From Candidatus Sabulitectum sp. (lineage in GTDB: Bacteria > Fermentibacterota > Fermentibacteria > Fermentibacterales > JCC-6), in assembly GCA_023139045.1 (NCBI GenBank), contig JAGLOJ010000003.1:41240-105239 (forward strand): a DNA stretch of 64,000 nt, read 5' to 3'. The notes under the pieces are model-generated. The model was given only the letters and a program-made list of their open reading frames with translations, searched no databases and had not been told where the DNA came from. Shown here piece after piece: positions 20,418 to 30,000 of this stretch. The first letter of the stretch is position 1. Every line of letters starts with the position of its first letter. The position numbers and the translations under genes are program-made.

Positions 20418-21326
20418 TCAGCGGGTTTTTATCTGCATGGAGCCCTGGAGGCGGCACCTCGGGTTTTTATAAAGCAGATTCAGTTCGTAGCCATCAGTTG
20501 GTCCAAGATTCCACAAGGGAATAACATCTGTGGGGTTGTGTGCTATTGAGAGTAGTGAATCTTCCTTGAAGAGCAGGGGATCAATCCTGATGTTGTGATC
20601 TTCCAGTACATTCCAGGCGTGAAAAATACAACCTGTTCTGTCCAGTATCAGCCCTCCTTCAACCCTTATCGTTAACCCCTGTTCTTGTGCAAGTCTTGCC
20701 ATTTCTTCACTCATGGGAACGCATGGACCCGGCAGAGCAGAAGGGATGGGCATTGCTCTCATGGTTCCCGCTATCCAGGCCAGAGTTTCATCACTTATGG
20801 ACTCTGAGATGGGTCTTAATGAGCCGGGCTGCTGAAGAATGTTCATTGTAATGGAGAGATCAACAGTCTGTCCCGGAGTGATAAAGGGAATGTTTGCAGT
20901 AAGAAGATCTCCTGAAGGAGTGAAGTCATTTTCAAGAATGGTAAGACTTTGAAGGGGCGGGTGGGAGACAGGAATAGGGATTATCACCTGAATGTTCCAG
21001 GCTGTGATGTCTCCTGTATTGGTAACAGATGCGGTGATTGCAATTGTTGTGTCAACCGGGGAAACTCCCTGCCTTCTGTTGATCAACCAGTCGGAAGTAT
21101 CCTGGGAAGTACTGTTTCCGAGAGCAATCCCGTAAATACGGTAAGCATCTGCGAATCTGCCTGCAGCTTCCAGAAGTCGGCCAAATTCCAGCATCCAGCA
21201 GCCGTCCTCGGCGGCAGCCATCTGTGAATAGTAGATTGCTGCTTCCGGAATGTGACGAATAGATATCAGCTCTCTGGCTGAATCTGCGGGAGATATTGAA
21301 AAACCAAGAAGTAGAAGAACTATCAC
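20418..21326 (-). CDS. Secreted hypothetical protein
   Basis: N-terminal hydrophobic signal (MIVLLLLGFSISPADSA). Contains GCIFHAWN (Cys/His pair), a possible thiol-hydrolase signature, but no family is confidently recognised. Confidence 0.5.
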   Translation of the reverse strand: MIVLLLLGFSISPADSARELISIRHIPEAAIYYSQMAAAEDGCWMLEFGRLLEAAGRFADAYRIYGIALGNSTSQDTSDWLINRRQGVSPVDTTIAITASVTNTGDITAWNIQVIIPIPVSHPPLQSLTILENDFTPSGDLLTANIPFITPGQTVDLSITMNILQQPGSLRPISESISDETLAWIAGTMRAMPIPSALPGPCVPMSEEMARLAQEQGLTIRVEGGLILDRTGCIFHAWNVLEDHNIRIDPLLFKEDSLLSIAHNPTDVIPLWNLGPTDGYELNLLYKNPRCRLQGSMQIKTR

Positions 21327-22555
21327 TGCCTGAGTCCTTTTGTGGGTTCCAGACCGGAGGCGCGGGCTGCAGGTACAAGTGCAGCGAGAAGGCTTATGAG
21401 TACGGCTGAACCACCGGCAGTGAATGTTGCCAGGAAGGAAATCTTCATGGGGAAGGAATCGTGGAAAGAGTAAACATCAGGCAGCTGAATGATGTTTGTG
21501 GATGCGATAAGCCAGCAACCTGCCAGCCCCAAAAGAATTCCGGATATGGCCCCGGTAAATCCAACCAGCAATCCTTCCCAGAGAAAAACCCGCAGAATAA
21601 GCTGGCGATTTGCTCCCATGGCCTTAAGCACTGAAATATCGCGTCTTCTTTCAACAACGCTTCTGGCGATAGTTCCTGTTATGTTGAACGATGCAACCAG
21701 TGTAATAAGCAGAATAGCTGCAATTGCTCCCAGTCTTTCAAGCTTGATACTTGCGTACAGAGCTGGATTTCTCTGCTGCCATGTGAGAACATTCATAGAG
21801 TCCGGGACAACCTCTTCAACTGCACTTACGGTCTGTTCCTGGGTGAAGCCCTCTTCGGGTTCAATGAACAGACCCGTGTATCCTCCTCTCGGAAGGAACA
21901 TTCTTGAAGCAGTCTCCAGAGGCAGATAAACTATTTTCCTGTCGTTTACCGGCAGTCCAGTTTCGATGGAGCCGGCGAGTACTGCTCTTCCCACTCCCGT
22001 TCTTCCACTGGAGAAGAACGCGGAAGGCGGGAAGAATAGAATAGTATCGCCCATACTGTGCATGAAATCCTCAGAAAGGTACACACCCAGTACCGCTCCA
22101 GGAAGATCATCCTCCTGTATGGAGGGGGGAGATCCCCAGATAAGCATGGTGTCCAGACCTGCCGCCTGAAAGCTGTTCTCAGTCACGCCTCGTACCAGAC
22201 AGCCTGCCTCCATATTCCGGGACGGCATTCTAGCCACAGCCTCGCCTTCTATGAATGGAGAAACTGATTGTATCTGGGGAAGTGACATGATGCCGGCAAT
22301 GAATGATGAATCATCCGGGATCGGGGAAGAGTTATCCGAAAGGATTGCTATAGGTGCATCAACTGCTATGACACTTTTGCTGATGAACTCTGCAAGCCCT
22401 GCGAGAACACTCATCACAACCACCAGGGCTGCCACGCCAAGGGTAACCCCTGCAGTGCTCACCACAGAGGCGAAAGCCAGTCTTTTTCTCTGCGGATGGC
22501 GTCTTAAATAACGCCAGGCCAGTTTCCATGAAAGAGTTGCCAGTGGAACCTCCAT
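21323..22555 (-). CDS. ABC transporter permease, LolE/LolC-type (FtsX-like with MacB-type periplasmic domain)
   Basis: N-terminal TM helix, large periplasmic domain, then C-terminal FtsX-type 3-TM bundle (ISVLKAMGANRQLILRVFLWEGLLVG). No adjacent ABC ATPase gene. Confidence 0.8.
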   Translation of the reverse strand: MEVPLATLSWKLAWRYLRRHPQRKRLAFASVVSTAGVTLGVAALVVVMSVLAGLAEFISKSVIAVDAPIAILSDNSSPIPDDSSFIAGIMSLPQIQSVSPFIEGEAVARMPSRNMEAGCLVRGVTENSFQAAGLDTMLIWGSPPSIQEDDLPGAVLGVYLSEDFMHSMGDTILFFPPSAFFSSGRTGVGRAVLAGSIETGLPVNDRKIVYLPLETASRMFLPRGGYTGLFIEPEEGFTQEQTVSAVEEVVPDSMNVLTWQQRNPALYASIKLERLGAIAAILLITLVASFNITGTIARSVVERRRDISVLKAMGANRQLILRVFLWEGLLVGFTGAISGILLGLAGCWLIASTNIIQLPDVYSFHDSFPMKISFLATFTAGGSAVLISLLAALVPAARASGLEPTKGLRQ

Positions 22556-22674
22556 TCACCTTTCCGAGTATTGATTATATATCAAAACTGATGCGACACT
22601 GATTAAGGGGGATTATTCTGTCTGGAATACTGCTTACTCTTGCGATTATTGGTCTGCAACATGATGCTACGGTT

Positions 22675-25600
22675 ATGGTTGGCGAACCGTTCCTGATTGA
22701 GACGGATGGCTTGAGTACTATTTCCATATCAGAAATGAATGCAATGGAGTTGGATGGTGGAGCTCCGCTTCCCCGCTCCGTTCGGTATGTTCCGGTTCCC
22801 CCGGGCTCAGAACCCCATCTTGAATGGACCATAAATGCTGTGGGTTTCACCGGCTGGGATCGGACCCTGGTTATGGCATCTGCTCCGATATTATCGGGTG
22901 ATGGATTGCAAACCATCGAGACCTTTTTACCCGTTGAATTTCCCCCTGAACACACTCCGGTCTCCTTCGAAGTAATTCATCTTCTGGGAACTACGGTTGC
23001 CAGGATATCCGTATCTCCGTTCTGCTACGGAACACCGGCGAAGTATGCAAAGGAGATCAATTACTCTCTTTCTGTTCGCGAGACTTCGGGCGACAGATCA
23101 ATTGAGGGAACTCTTCTTCACAGCCTCTGCCCGGAGACGGAAGTATGGTGGCCTTACAGACAGAGATCACCGGAGAGCCATTTCTGGGGAAAGCCCTGGG
23201 CGAGGATCGGTGTTAAAAATACAGGGTTCTACTGTGTTACAGGTGAAGAACTGGAAGCTTCCGGTTGCACAGTTACGGGTGTTCCATCCGCTTCTCTGGC
23301 TATGTTTGCCGGTCCCGGTGAGATGTTTAACCCCGATGATCCGGGGGAAGAGCACCAACTGGCTTCTGTGTCTATCTCTGTTTTCGATGGAGGCGATGGC
23401 ATCTTTGATCTTTCTGATTCTCTGACCTTCTTCGGCCAGGATCTCTGGCACTGGAATTTCACTGCGGATTCGCTTTACAGATCCTTTCACCGGTATGATA
23501 AAACCAATACCTACTGGCTTACATGGGGTGGAGATAACGGGGCAAGGATTGATCAGGTAACTGCAACTCCGGCAGGCGGATCTGAAATAGAGGAAGGCGT
23601 TATTCCCTTCGGGTTTGAGCAGGAGGTATTCTGGGAGCGTGTGGAGAACAGAACTGGATGGGTGTGGGGTTTTCTTAACGGTGAATATGCCAGCTATTTT
23701 TATCTCAGTGCACCTTTTGATTCGGACCATGCGATTGTACGCTTTTTAATGGTTCATGGTTCTGCAAGTCAGAACTCATATTCTGTCATAGCCGAACTGG
23801 AAGATGCAATAATTCTGGACACCTTAACCGTAGATACTGTTGGAAACCGCTGTATGGAGTATTTTACTATCAACGATGTTCGCATAACTCAGGGTGGGAA
23901 TCTACTTAAAGTCTGGGATAATCATCATGATGATGCATATTTTGATTATGCTGAAATTCTGCTTCCTGTGGATCTATCAGTTTCTGCCGGTTACCTGGTT
24001 GCATTGTCCGGCTATGCACCGGGCATTCATTCGCTGCGGTTTGGCTATGTTGATACAGAGTCGCACATTTTTGATGTAAGTGATCCATTTCACCCCTGTG
24101 AACTCACAGGGTGGACACTTGATGGATCCGAGGCTCAAATGTCTCTGATTATGGAGGGTGAGATATCCACTTTCATAGCAGTGAACTCCTTTAACTACCT
24201 TTCAACTGAGTCAATAGAGCCGGCTCAGCCGGGAAGAATTCTTGGAGTCTCTGCACCGGCGGATGTAATCATCACCGTTCCGGAGGTTATGCTTGATGGG
24301 CTGGCGGTTCTGGAATCTGTCTATGCAGCCCGAGGTCTTTCAGTATCTATTGTGACCTACAGGGAGGTGTACGATGAGTTCGGTCAGGGAGTTTCTGACC
24401 CGGGTGCAGTAAGATCTCTTGTAAGATGGGCTCTTGATACATGGCCTGATCCTCCACAGGCGCTTCTTCTCATAGGCGATGGATCCAACGATCCCCTTGG
24501 ATACTCCACAGGATACGAGTCCCTGGCGCCGGTGAACGTTTCTGCTGGGTTCGATTCGTGCAAAGACTCGTATTTTACCACAGTTCACACCGGCAGTGAA
24601 GTACCCGAGATTCCGGTATCCAGAATTCCTGCTTCAACAGTAAATGAACTTCTGATCGCTTCGGAAAAGGCAGCCGTGTTGGAAAATAGATCCATTCTCG
24701 GCCCCTGGGCCAACACCGTGATGCTTGCCGCCGATGATGAGTGGAGTCAGTACAGTTATACAGAGTACAGATCCACTGCAACATGTGAATTTCTTACGGA
24801 CAGTGTGATCCCAGCATCGGTGAATATCGTTAAACTCTATGAGATAGAGTATCCCTGGCCTCCTGGAACAACCGTGGAAGGAGTTCATCCAACAAAGCCT
24901 GAAGCCGCTGCTGATTTTATTGAACAGCTCAACAGGGGAGTGGTGTACACTTCCTTCTTCGGTCATGGTTCTTATGACCAGATGACCAACGAGAAGCTTT
25001 TTTCCTCTTCCATGGTCAGTCAACTTTGTAATGCCCCGCGTTACTTTCTCTACAACTCATTCTCATGCGATAACGGTTTTTTCGACCTTTCCGCCGGTGA
25101 TTGTCTTGCTGAGATTCTTCTTTTTCATCCCGGAGGAGGGGCCTCTGCTTCGGTTGCATGTACTCGTGGAAGCACCAGCTCGCAGAATGAGGTTTTGTCC
25201 TCTGAGTTTTTGGGTAGATTGCATGAGGGTGATTTTACCATTGCCGAGGCTCTCTGGCTTTCCCAGCTCACCATTGGGTATCAGAAAAACTTTTTATATC
25301 CTGTTCTTGGAGACGGTGGAATAACCCTTCCATTGGCAGAAACGGCTGGGTATTCGGCTGTACCGGCAGACACATTAAGCAGAGGTCTGGTAAACACAGT
25401 TGATGTATCTTTCCCTGAAGAATCTTCTTTCCTGTTCAGGTGTATGGAGAGTGCTGACACCGTAGTGTATGTGAGTCCTCTTTCAGCTAATTTTACAATT
25501 GAGTACCTGCGCTACGGCTCGGAATTGTACGCCGGTATTCTTTCCACGGATGAGTATGGAGATGCTGCAGTTGATTTCTTTGTTCCTCTTCAGGCTGATA

Positions 25601-26337
25601 CTGGCTCTTTTGCCCGAACTGATGCAACGGGAAGAATCAGAGATGAACTGGGTACCGGTTACTCATGGCCGATTCCTCTCATAGATACCGGCGACCACAG
25701 CGACGATTCGCAGGGCCCCGAGATTGAACTCAGTTTTCCTGATTCACGGGGCGGAGAAATACCATCCGTTTACCGGAATGCCACTATGCATGCAGTGCTT
25801 TCAGATCCCTCCGGTATCTGTGTTCTTGGTAACGATGCAGGATCCATCATAATCGGTTCAGTGGACGGCGGGTACGAGGATCTTACCGGGTTGTTCACCT
25901 ACCACCAGGGAAGTTACACTACAGGTTCTCTTAATTACACCATCCCGGATCTGCTGCCCGGCACTCATGAGATCAGGGTGGTGGCCCGGGATGGAATGAA
26001 AAATACAGGTGAGTCTGTTCTCAGCTTCAATGTTCTGCATGGGGATGCACCATTGCTTGAAAAAACAGGGGTTTACCCCAACCCCGTCAGAGGTCGGCGG
26101 GCATTTATCTTCACCACATCATCCGCTGGAACCGTTGGTGTTACTGTCTTTACAATATCAGGTCGTCCTGTCTGGAAGGGTGAAACCATTGTACAGAATG
26201 GAGCAGGTCAGCTTGTGTGGAACGGCATGGATTCAGACGGAGATTCGATTGCCGCCGGGGCTTATATCTACATTATTGAATTTTCCTGCAGTTCTGGCAG
26301 TTCGTCCGCCACCGACATTCTTGTGGTGAGTCCATGA
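22675..26337 (+). CDS. Secreted C25-family (gingipain/PorU-like) cysteine peptidase with T9SS C-terminal sorting domain, paralog A
   Basis: Clan-CD His/Cys dyad context (FFGHGSYDQM ... LYNSFSCDNG) and conserved blocks shared with paralog B (WGKPWARI, YWLTWGG, VYDEFGQGVSDPGAVRSLVRWALDTW). C-terminal Por_Secre_tail-like domain (VYPNPVRG...GAYIYIIEF). The hydrophobic signal-like segment lies upstream of the annotated ATG, so the true start is probably a non-ATG codon near 22618. Confidence 0.8.
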   Translation: MVGEPFLIETDGLSTISISEMNAMELDGGAPLPRSVRYVPVPPGSEPHLEWTINAVGFTGWDRTLVMASAPILSGDGLQTIETFLPVEFPPEHTPVSFEVIHLLGTTVARISVSPFCYGTPAKYAKEINYSLSVRETSGDRSIEGTLLHSLCPETEVWWPYRQRSPESHFWGKPWARIGVKNTGFYCVTGEELEASGCTVTGVPSASLAMFAGPGEMFNPDDPGEEHQLASVSISVFDGGDGIFDLSDSLTFFGQDLWHWNFTADSLYRSFHRYDKTNTYWLTWGGDNGARIDQVTATPAGGSEIEEGVIPFGFEQEVFWERVENRTGWVWGFLNGEYASYFYLSAPFDSDHAIVRFLMVHGSASQNSYSVIAELEDAIILDTLTVDTVGNRCMEYFTINDVRITQGGNLLKVWDNHHDDAYFDYAEILLPVDLSVSAGYLVALSGYAPGIHSLRFGYVDTESHIFDVSDPFHPCELTGWTLDGSEAQMSLIMEGEISTFIAVNSFNYLSTESIEPAQPGRILGVSAPADVIITVPEVMLDGLAVLESVYAARGLSVSIVTYREVYDEFGQGVSDPGAVRSLVRWALDTWPDPPQALLLIGDGSNDPLGYSTGYESLAPVNVSAGFDSCKDSYFTTVHTGSEVPEIPVSRIPASTVNELLIASEKAAVLENRSILGPWANTVMLAADDEWSQYSYTEYRSTATCEFLTDSVIPASVNIVKLYEIEYPWPPGTTVEGVHPTKPEAAADFIEQLNRGVVYTSFFGHGSYDQMTNEKLFSSSMVSQLCNAPRYFLYNSFSCDNGFFDLSAGDCLAEILLFHPGGGASASVACTRGSTSSQNEVLSSEFLGRLHEGDFTIAEALWLSQLTIGYQKNFLYPVLGDGGITLPLAETAGYSAVPADTLSRGLVNTVDVSFPEESSFLFRCMESADTVVYVSPLSANFTIEYLRYGSELYAGILSTDEYGDAAVDFFVPLQADTGSFARTDATGRIRDELGTGYSWPIPLIDTGDHSDDSQGPEIELSFPDSRGGEIPSVYRNATMHAVLSDPSGICVLGNDAGSIIIGSVDGGYEDLTGLFTYHQGSYTTGSLNYTIPDLLPGTHEIRVVARDGMKNTGESVLSFNVLHGDAPLLEKTGVYPNPVRGRRAFIFTTSSAGTVGVTVFTISGRPVWKGETIVQNGAGQLVWNGMDSDGDSIAAGAYIYIIEFSCSSGSSSATDILVVSP

Positions 26338-27071
26338 TAAACAGAGCTATTGAGCTTATCCGAAAAAGTACAAGACCCGTGATTTTCACCGGGGCTGGAA
26401 TGTCACGGGAGAGTGGAATGAGAACCTTTCGCGGTGAGGACGGCCTCTGGAAGCAATACAGCCCGGAGCAGCTGTCCTCCATTTCAGGGCTCAGATCTGC
26501 TCCCGAGGTGGTGTGGAACTGGTACAGAATGAGGTTGATGACCGGTGAGGGTGTTGTGCCGCACGCAGGTTATAAGGCTCTTACATACCTGCAGAGTAAA
26601 AAAGGGAAACTTCCTGTTATTACCCAGAATGTAGACGGATTGCACAGGCTCGCAGGGCAGACTGATGTGCTGGAGATTCACGGTTCAATGAGAACTGCTT
26701 CGTGCCTTGACGAATGCGGGTTTTCTACAGAGCTGACCTCCGGGATATTGAAAAACCTGCCACCGTTCTGCCCTGATTGTGGAGCGATTCTAAGGCCGGA
26801 TATAGTTCTTTTTGGAGAACTGCTTCCACAGAAGATAATTTCAAAATCATACGAACTGGCTGAGGACTGTGACTTGATGATTGTGATTGGAACCTCGGTG
26901 CAGGTCTGGCCTGCTGCAGGTATACCTTTCGCTGCCCTTGAAAACGGAGCGGTTATAATTGAGATAAATCCTGTACAAACGGAACTGCCCCGCAGTGACC
27001 ATGTTATCAGTATAAGAAGAAAGGCCGGAGAAATTCTGCCTTTGCTCGTTGGTCTGGAGGAGAAAACATGA
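26334..27071 (+). CDS. cobB: NAD-dependent protein deacylase, sirtuin (CobB-like, class III/U)
   Basis: FTGAGMSRESGMRTFRG, TQNVDGLH and HGS motifs, plus a Cys4 Zn-ribbon (CLDEC...CPDC). The start and stop overlap both flanking genes as ATGA. Confidence 0.9.
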   Translation: MINRAIELIRKSTRPVIFTGAGMSRESGMRTFRGEDGLWKQYSPEQLSSISGLRSAPEVVWNWYRMRLMTGEGVVPHAGYKALTYLQSKKGKLPVITQNVDGLHRLAGQTDVLEIHGSMRTASCLDECGFSTELTSGILKNLPPFCPDCGAILRPDIVLFGELLPQKIISKSYELAEDCDLMIVIGTSVQVWPAAGIPFAALENGAVIIEINPVQTELPRSDHVISIRRKAGEILPLLVGLEEKT

Positions 27072-30000
27072 CCGTGTTCCCGCTGATTGCTGTTCTTGTC
27101 GCTTCCTGGAGCGGTACATTCAACTTTGATCCTCCCGGGATTGATGCAAGTGGCCTTCCTGTCATAGAAGGTACAGTAAATCTTAATGAGCCCGGTGTTC
27201 CGATGTATCCTGTAAAGACAGTGTTCATACCTGTTCCTCCGGGAGTTGAACCTGTACTTGACTACACATCAGTGAATGGCGCTTTCCTACCTGTTATCAG
27301 TATTCCCCGGGCAGGTATTCTGGTCGGATCAGGGCTTGATGCCCGTACAATTCATGTTGCTCCCGTTGACCGTTCGGTTCAAACCGTAGAGCTGGATGGG
27401 GTTTTCCCTCTGGCAGGTACTCAGGTGGCTGTGATCAACATCTATCCATTTACAGAAAGTGGTCCAACTTCTTCGGTGACAGTTACCCTTGATTGGGATG
27501 AACCTGTTGCGGGGCATGGAATCCCGGAGAATCATCTTCTCTGCGGGGTTGCAGAGGGAGATGTGTATTGGCCGTTGCCCCATAACAGGGGTTCAAGCCC
27601 TTTCTGGGGTAAACCCTGGGCAAGAATATCCATAGAGGATAGTGGCGGTTACGAATTTACCTGCTCAGAGCTTGAGGCTGCCGGTTGCAATGCAGGCGGA
27701 TCTCCAGTTGAGAGTATGGCCTTTTTCTCAGGGCCGGGTACACAGTTTGCCCAGGCTCAGGAAACTGAACATTTTCTTCAACCGGTATCAGTCATTGTTA
27801 ATGATAAAAACGAAGACGGTATTTTCAACGGGGATGACACTATCAGATTCCTCGCAGGCGGCTTGAACAGATTTGAGTATTTTGAGAAATCTCTTCAATG
27901 GCTCTATCACAGGTATGCAACTGACAGAATCTACTGGCTCACCTGGGGAGGTGAATCAGGGGCGAGGATGCAGAGCAAACCCGGCGTTCCCGACGGCTCT
28001 CCACAGTGGGGTAATACCATCCCACACACTGTGCATCTTGAGGATGGCGGCTACTGGATGCCCCGGTATGAACTGAGAACCGGGTGGTTCTGGAAGAAGA
28101 TCAACTCCGGTGAACAGACATCTGTTCCCCTGAACCTCGGTAATGCAGCCGGCACCGCTGATGTGACGCTTGCTTTCGCGGTATCGGAATCATCGGCATA
28201 TCAGGTTACTCTTCAGGGTGGCGGTACTGTTGAACTCAGCGGTTCAGGGTTCGAACAGGCAGTGTTCGAGGATGTGACTGTTTCCGGGCTCAGCCAGCTT
28301 CAGATAAGTTTCTCCTCTACTGATCCTTCAGCAGACTTCTATCTGGACTATGTTGAACTGACATATCTTGTCTCCACAACAGCTTCCAATCGCAGGCTTT
28401 TCATCCCCGAACAGATTGGCAGATATAACTTTTCATTTTCCGGTGGCAGCACAGCCTTTGATGTATCGGACTTAATGAATCCGAAGATTATAAGTGGTGC
28501 AGAGCAGTCTTCCGGTTCTCTGAATTTCTCGCTCGATCTTCAGGATTCAACATCCCTTATGGTCACCTCTGAGGGTGACTGGAATTCACCCTCCTTAATT
28601 TCTCCCGCTTCGCCAGGCAGACTTGTCGGTGCCATTTCCTCCGGAGACAGACTTATGGTTGTTCCGGATGTTTTTGCCGATGACGCCGTCGGTCTCGAGT
28701 CTCTTATGGAAAGCATGGGTTTTGAGGTTGTTACTGCCACCACCAGTGAGATTTACGATGAGTTCGGGCAGGGAGTGAAAGATCCCGGAGCCATCAGATC
28801 CGCTGTTCGCTGGGCCATGGATTCATGGTCAACTCCCGTTAGCACTGTGATTCTGGGAGGAGACGCAACTTATGACCCTCTTAATTACAGCACCACATTG
28901 CCCGATCTGGTTCCTGCTATGATCTTTCTGACAAATTCGAGCAGTTATCCATCATGGGCTGAGGATGACTGGTTTGTTCAGGTGCATGCTGATGCAATCT
29001 ACCCTGAGATTCCCATTGCCAGAATTCCCGCCGGTGATGCTTCAAGTTTCGGCGCTGTAAGTGCCAAGAGTATTTTGTACCACTCCGGGCAGGCTGATGG
29101 AAGCTGGAGCAACCGGTTTGTTCTTTTTGCGGATGATGAATGGGGCCAGTCAAATACATCAGCCGGTGAAAGTGCACATATTTTTTACATGGAAAAGATA
29201 TGCTACGAAGACCTTCCATCCCATGTGAAACCGGAGAAGTTTTACTTGATTGAGTTTCCCTGGCCTCCCGGCACTGTCCCCGGTGGTGTGCATCCTGAAA
29301 AACCGGATGCTCGTACTGCATTAAGGGAATTGTGGAATGAAGGAATGGGTGTCATGTTTTACTTCGGGCATGGATCCGCAAATCAGATAACTCACGAGAA
29401 AACAATGCTGGGAGATGATCCGGCATCTCTTACCAACGGAGCAAGACTGCCCCTGGCAATGTTCCTCTCCTGCGATATTTCCCGGTTTTTTGAACCAGGT
29501 GTTGACTGCATCAGCGAAAAGCTTGTTTATCACCCTGCTGGAGGTGCGATTGCAACAATAGGAGCCACTGGACCAACTCACTCCAGTTCCAACTATGACT
29601 ATGGATCTGCAATGATCCCTTTTTTGACAGAGAACGGAAATTCAATCGGCTACTCGTTCTGGGCCGGCAAGCTGGCTGCCAGCAGGGCAGGGAATTCAAA
29701 ATATTATGTGTTTCTGGGATTTCCCGATCTGATTCTGCCTATGTCGAGTAACGATCTTGCAGTTGAGCTTCAGGGAGACACCCTTCGTTCCGGTGAAATC
29801 AATTCTGTGACCGGGAACGGAAATTCTTCCGATGGACTTGCTCTGATAGAAATTTCCGAGTCGGACATACCTGTGCACTACACAATGCTGTCAGGTGGAG
29901 TTATCGACTACTTCCACCAGGGAGGTACAGCCTGGCGGGGAAGAGCAGCGCTTTCCGGCGGAGAGTTTTCCGCTGAATGCATTCTTCCTGCTGCATGCAA

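Noticed and set aside
26334-27071. Interpretation of the sirtuin as a Thoeris/DSR-type antiphage NADase
   Set aside because: It retains the Cys4 zinc ribbon and all canonical deacylase motifs. It has no SLOG, TIR or HerA partner, and its neighbours are secreted peptidases.
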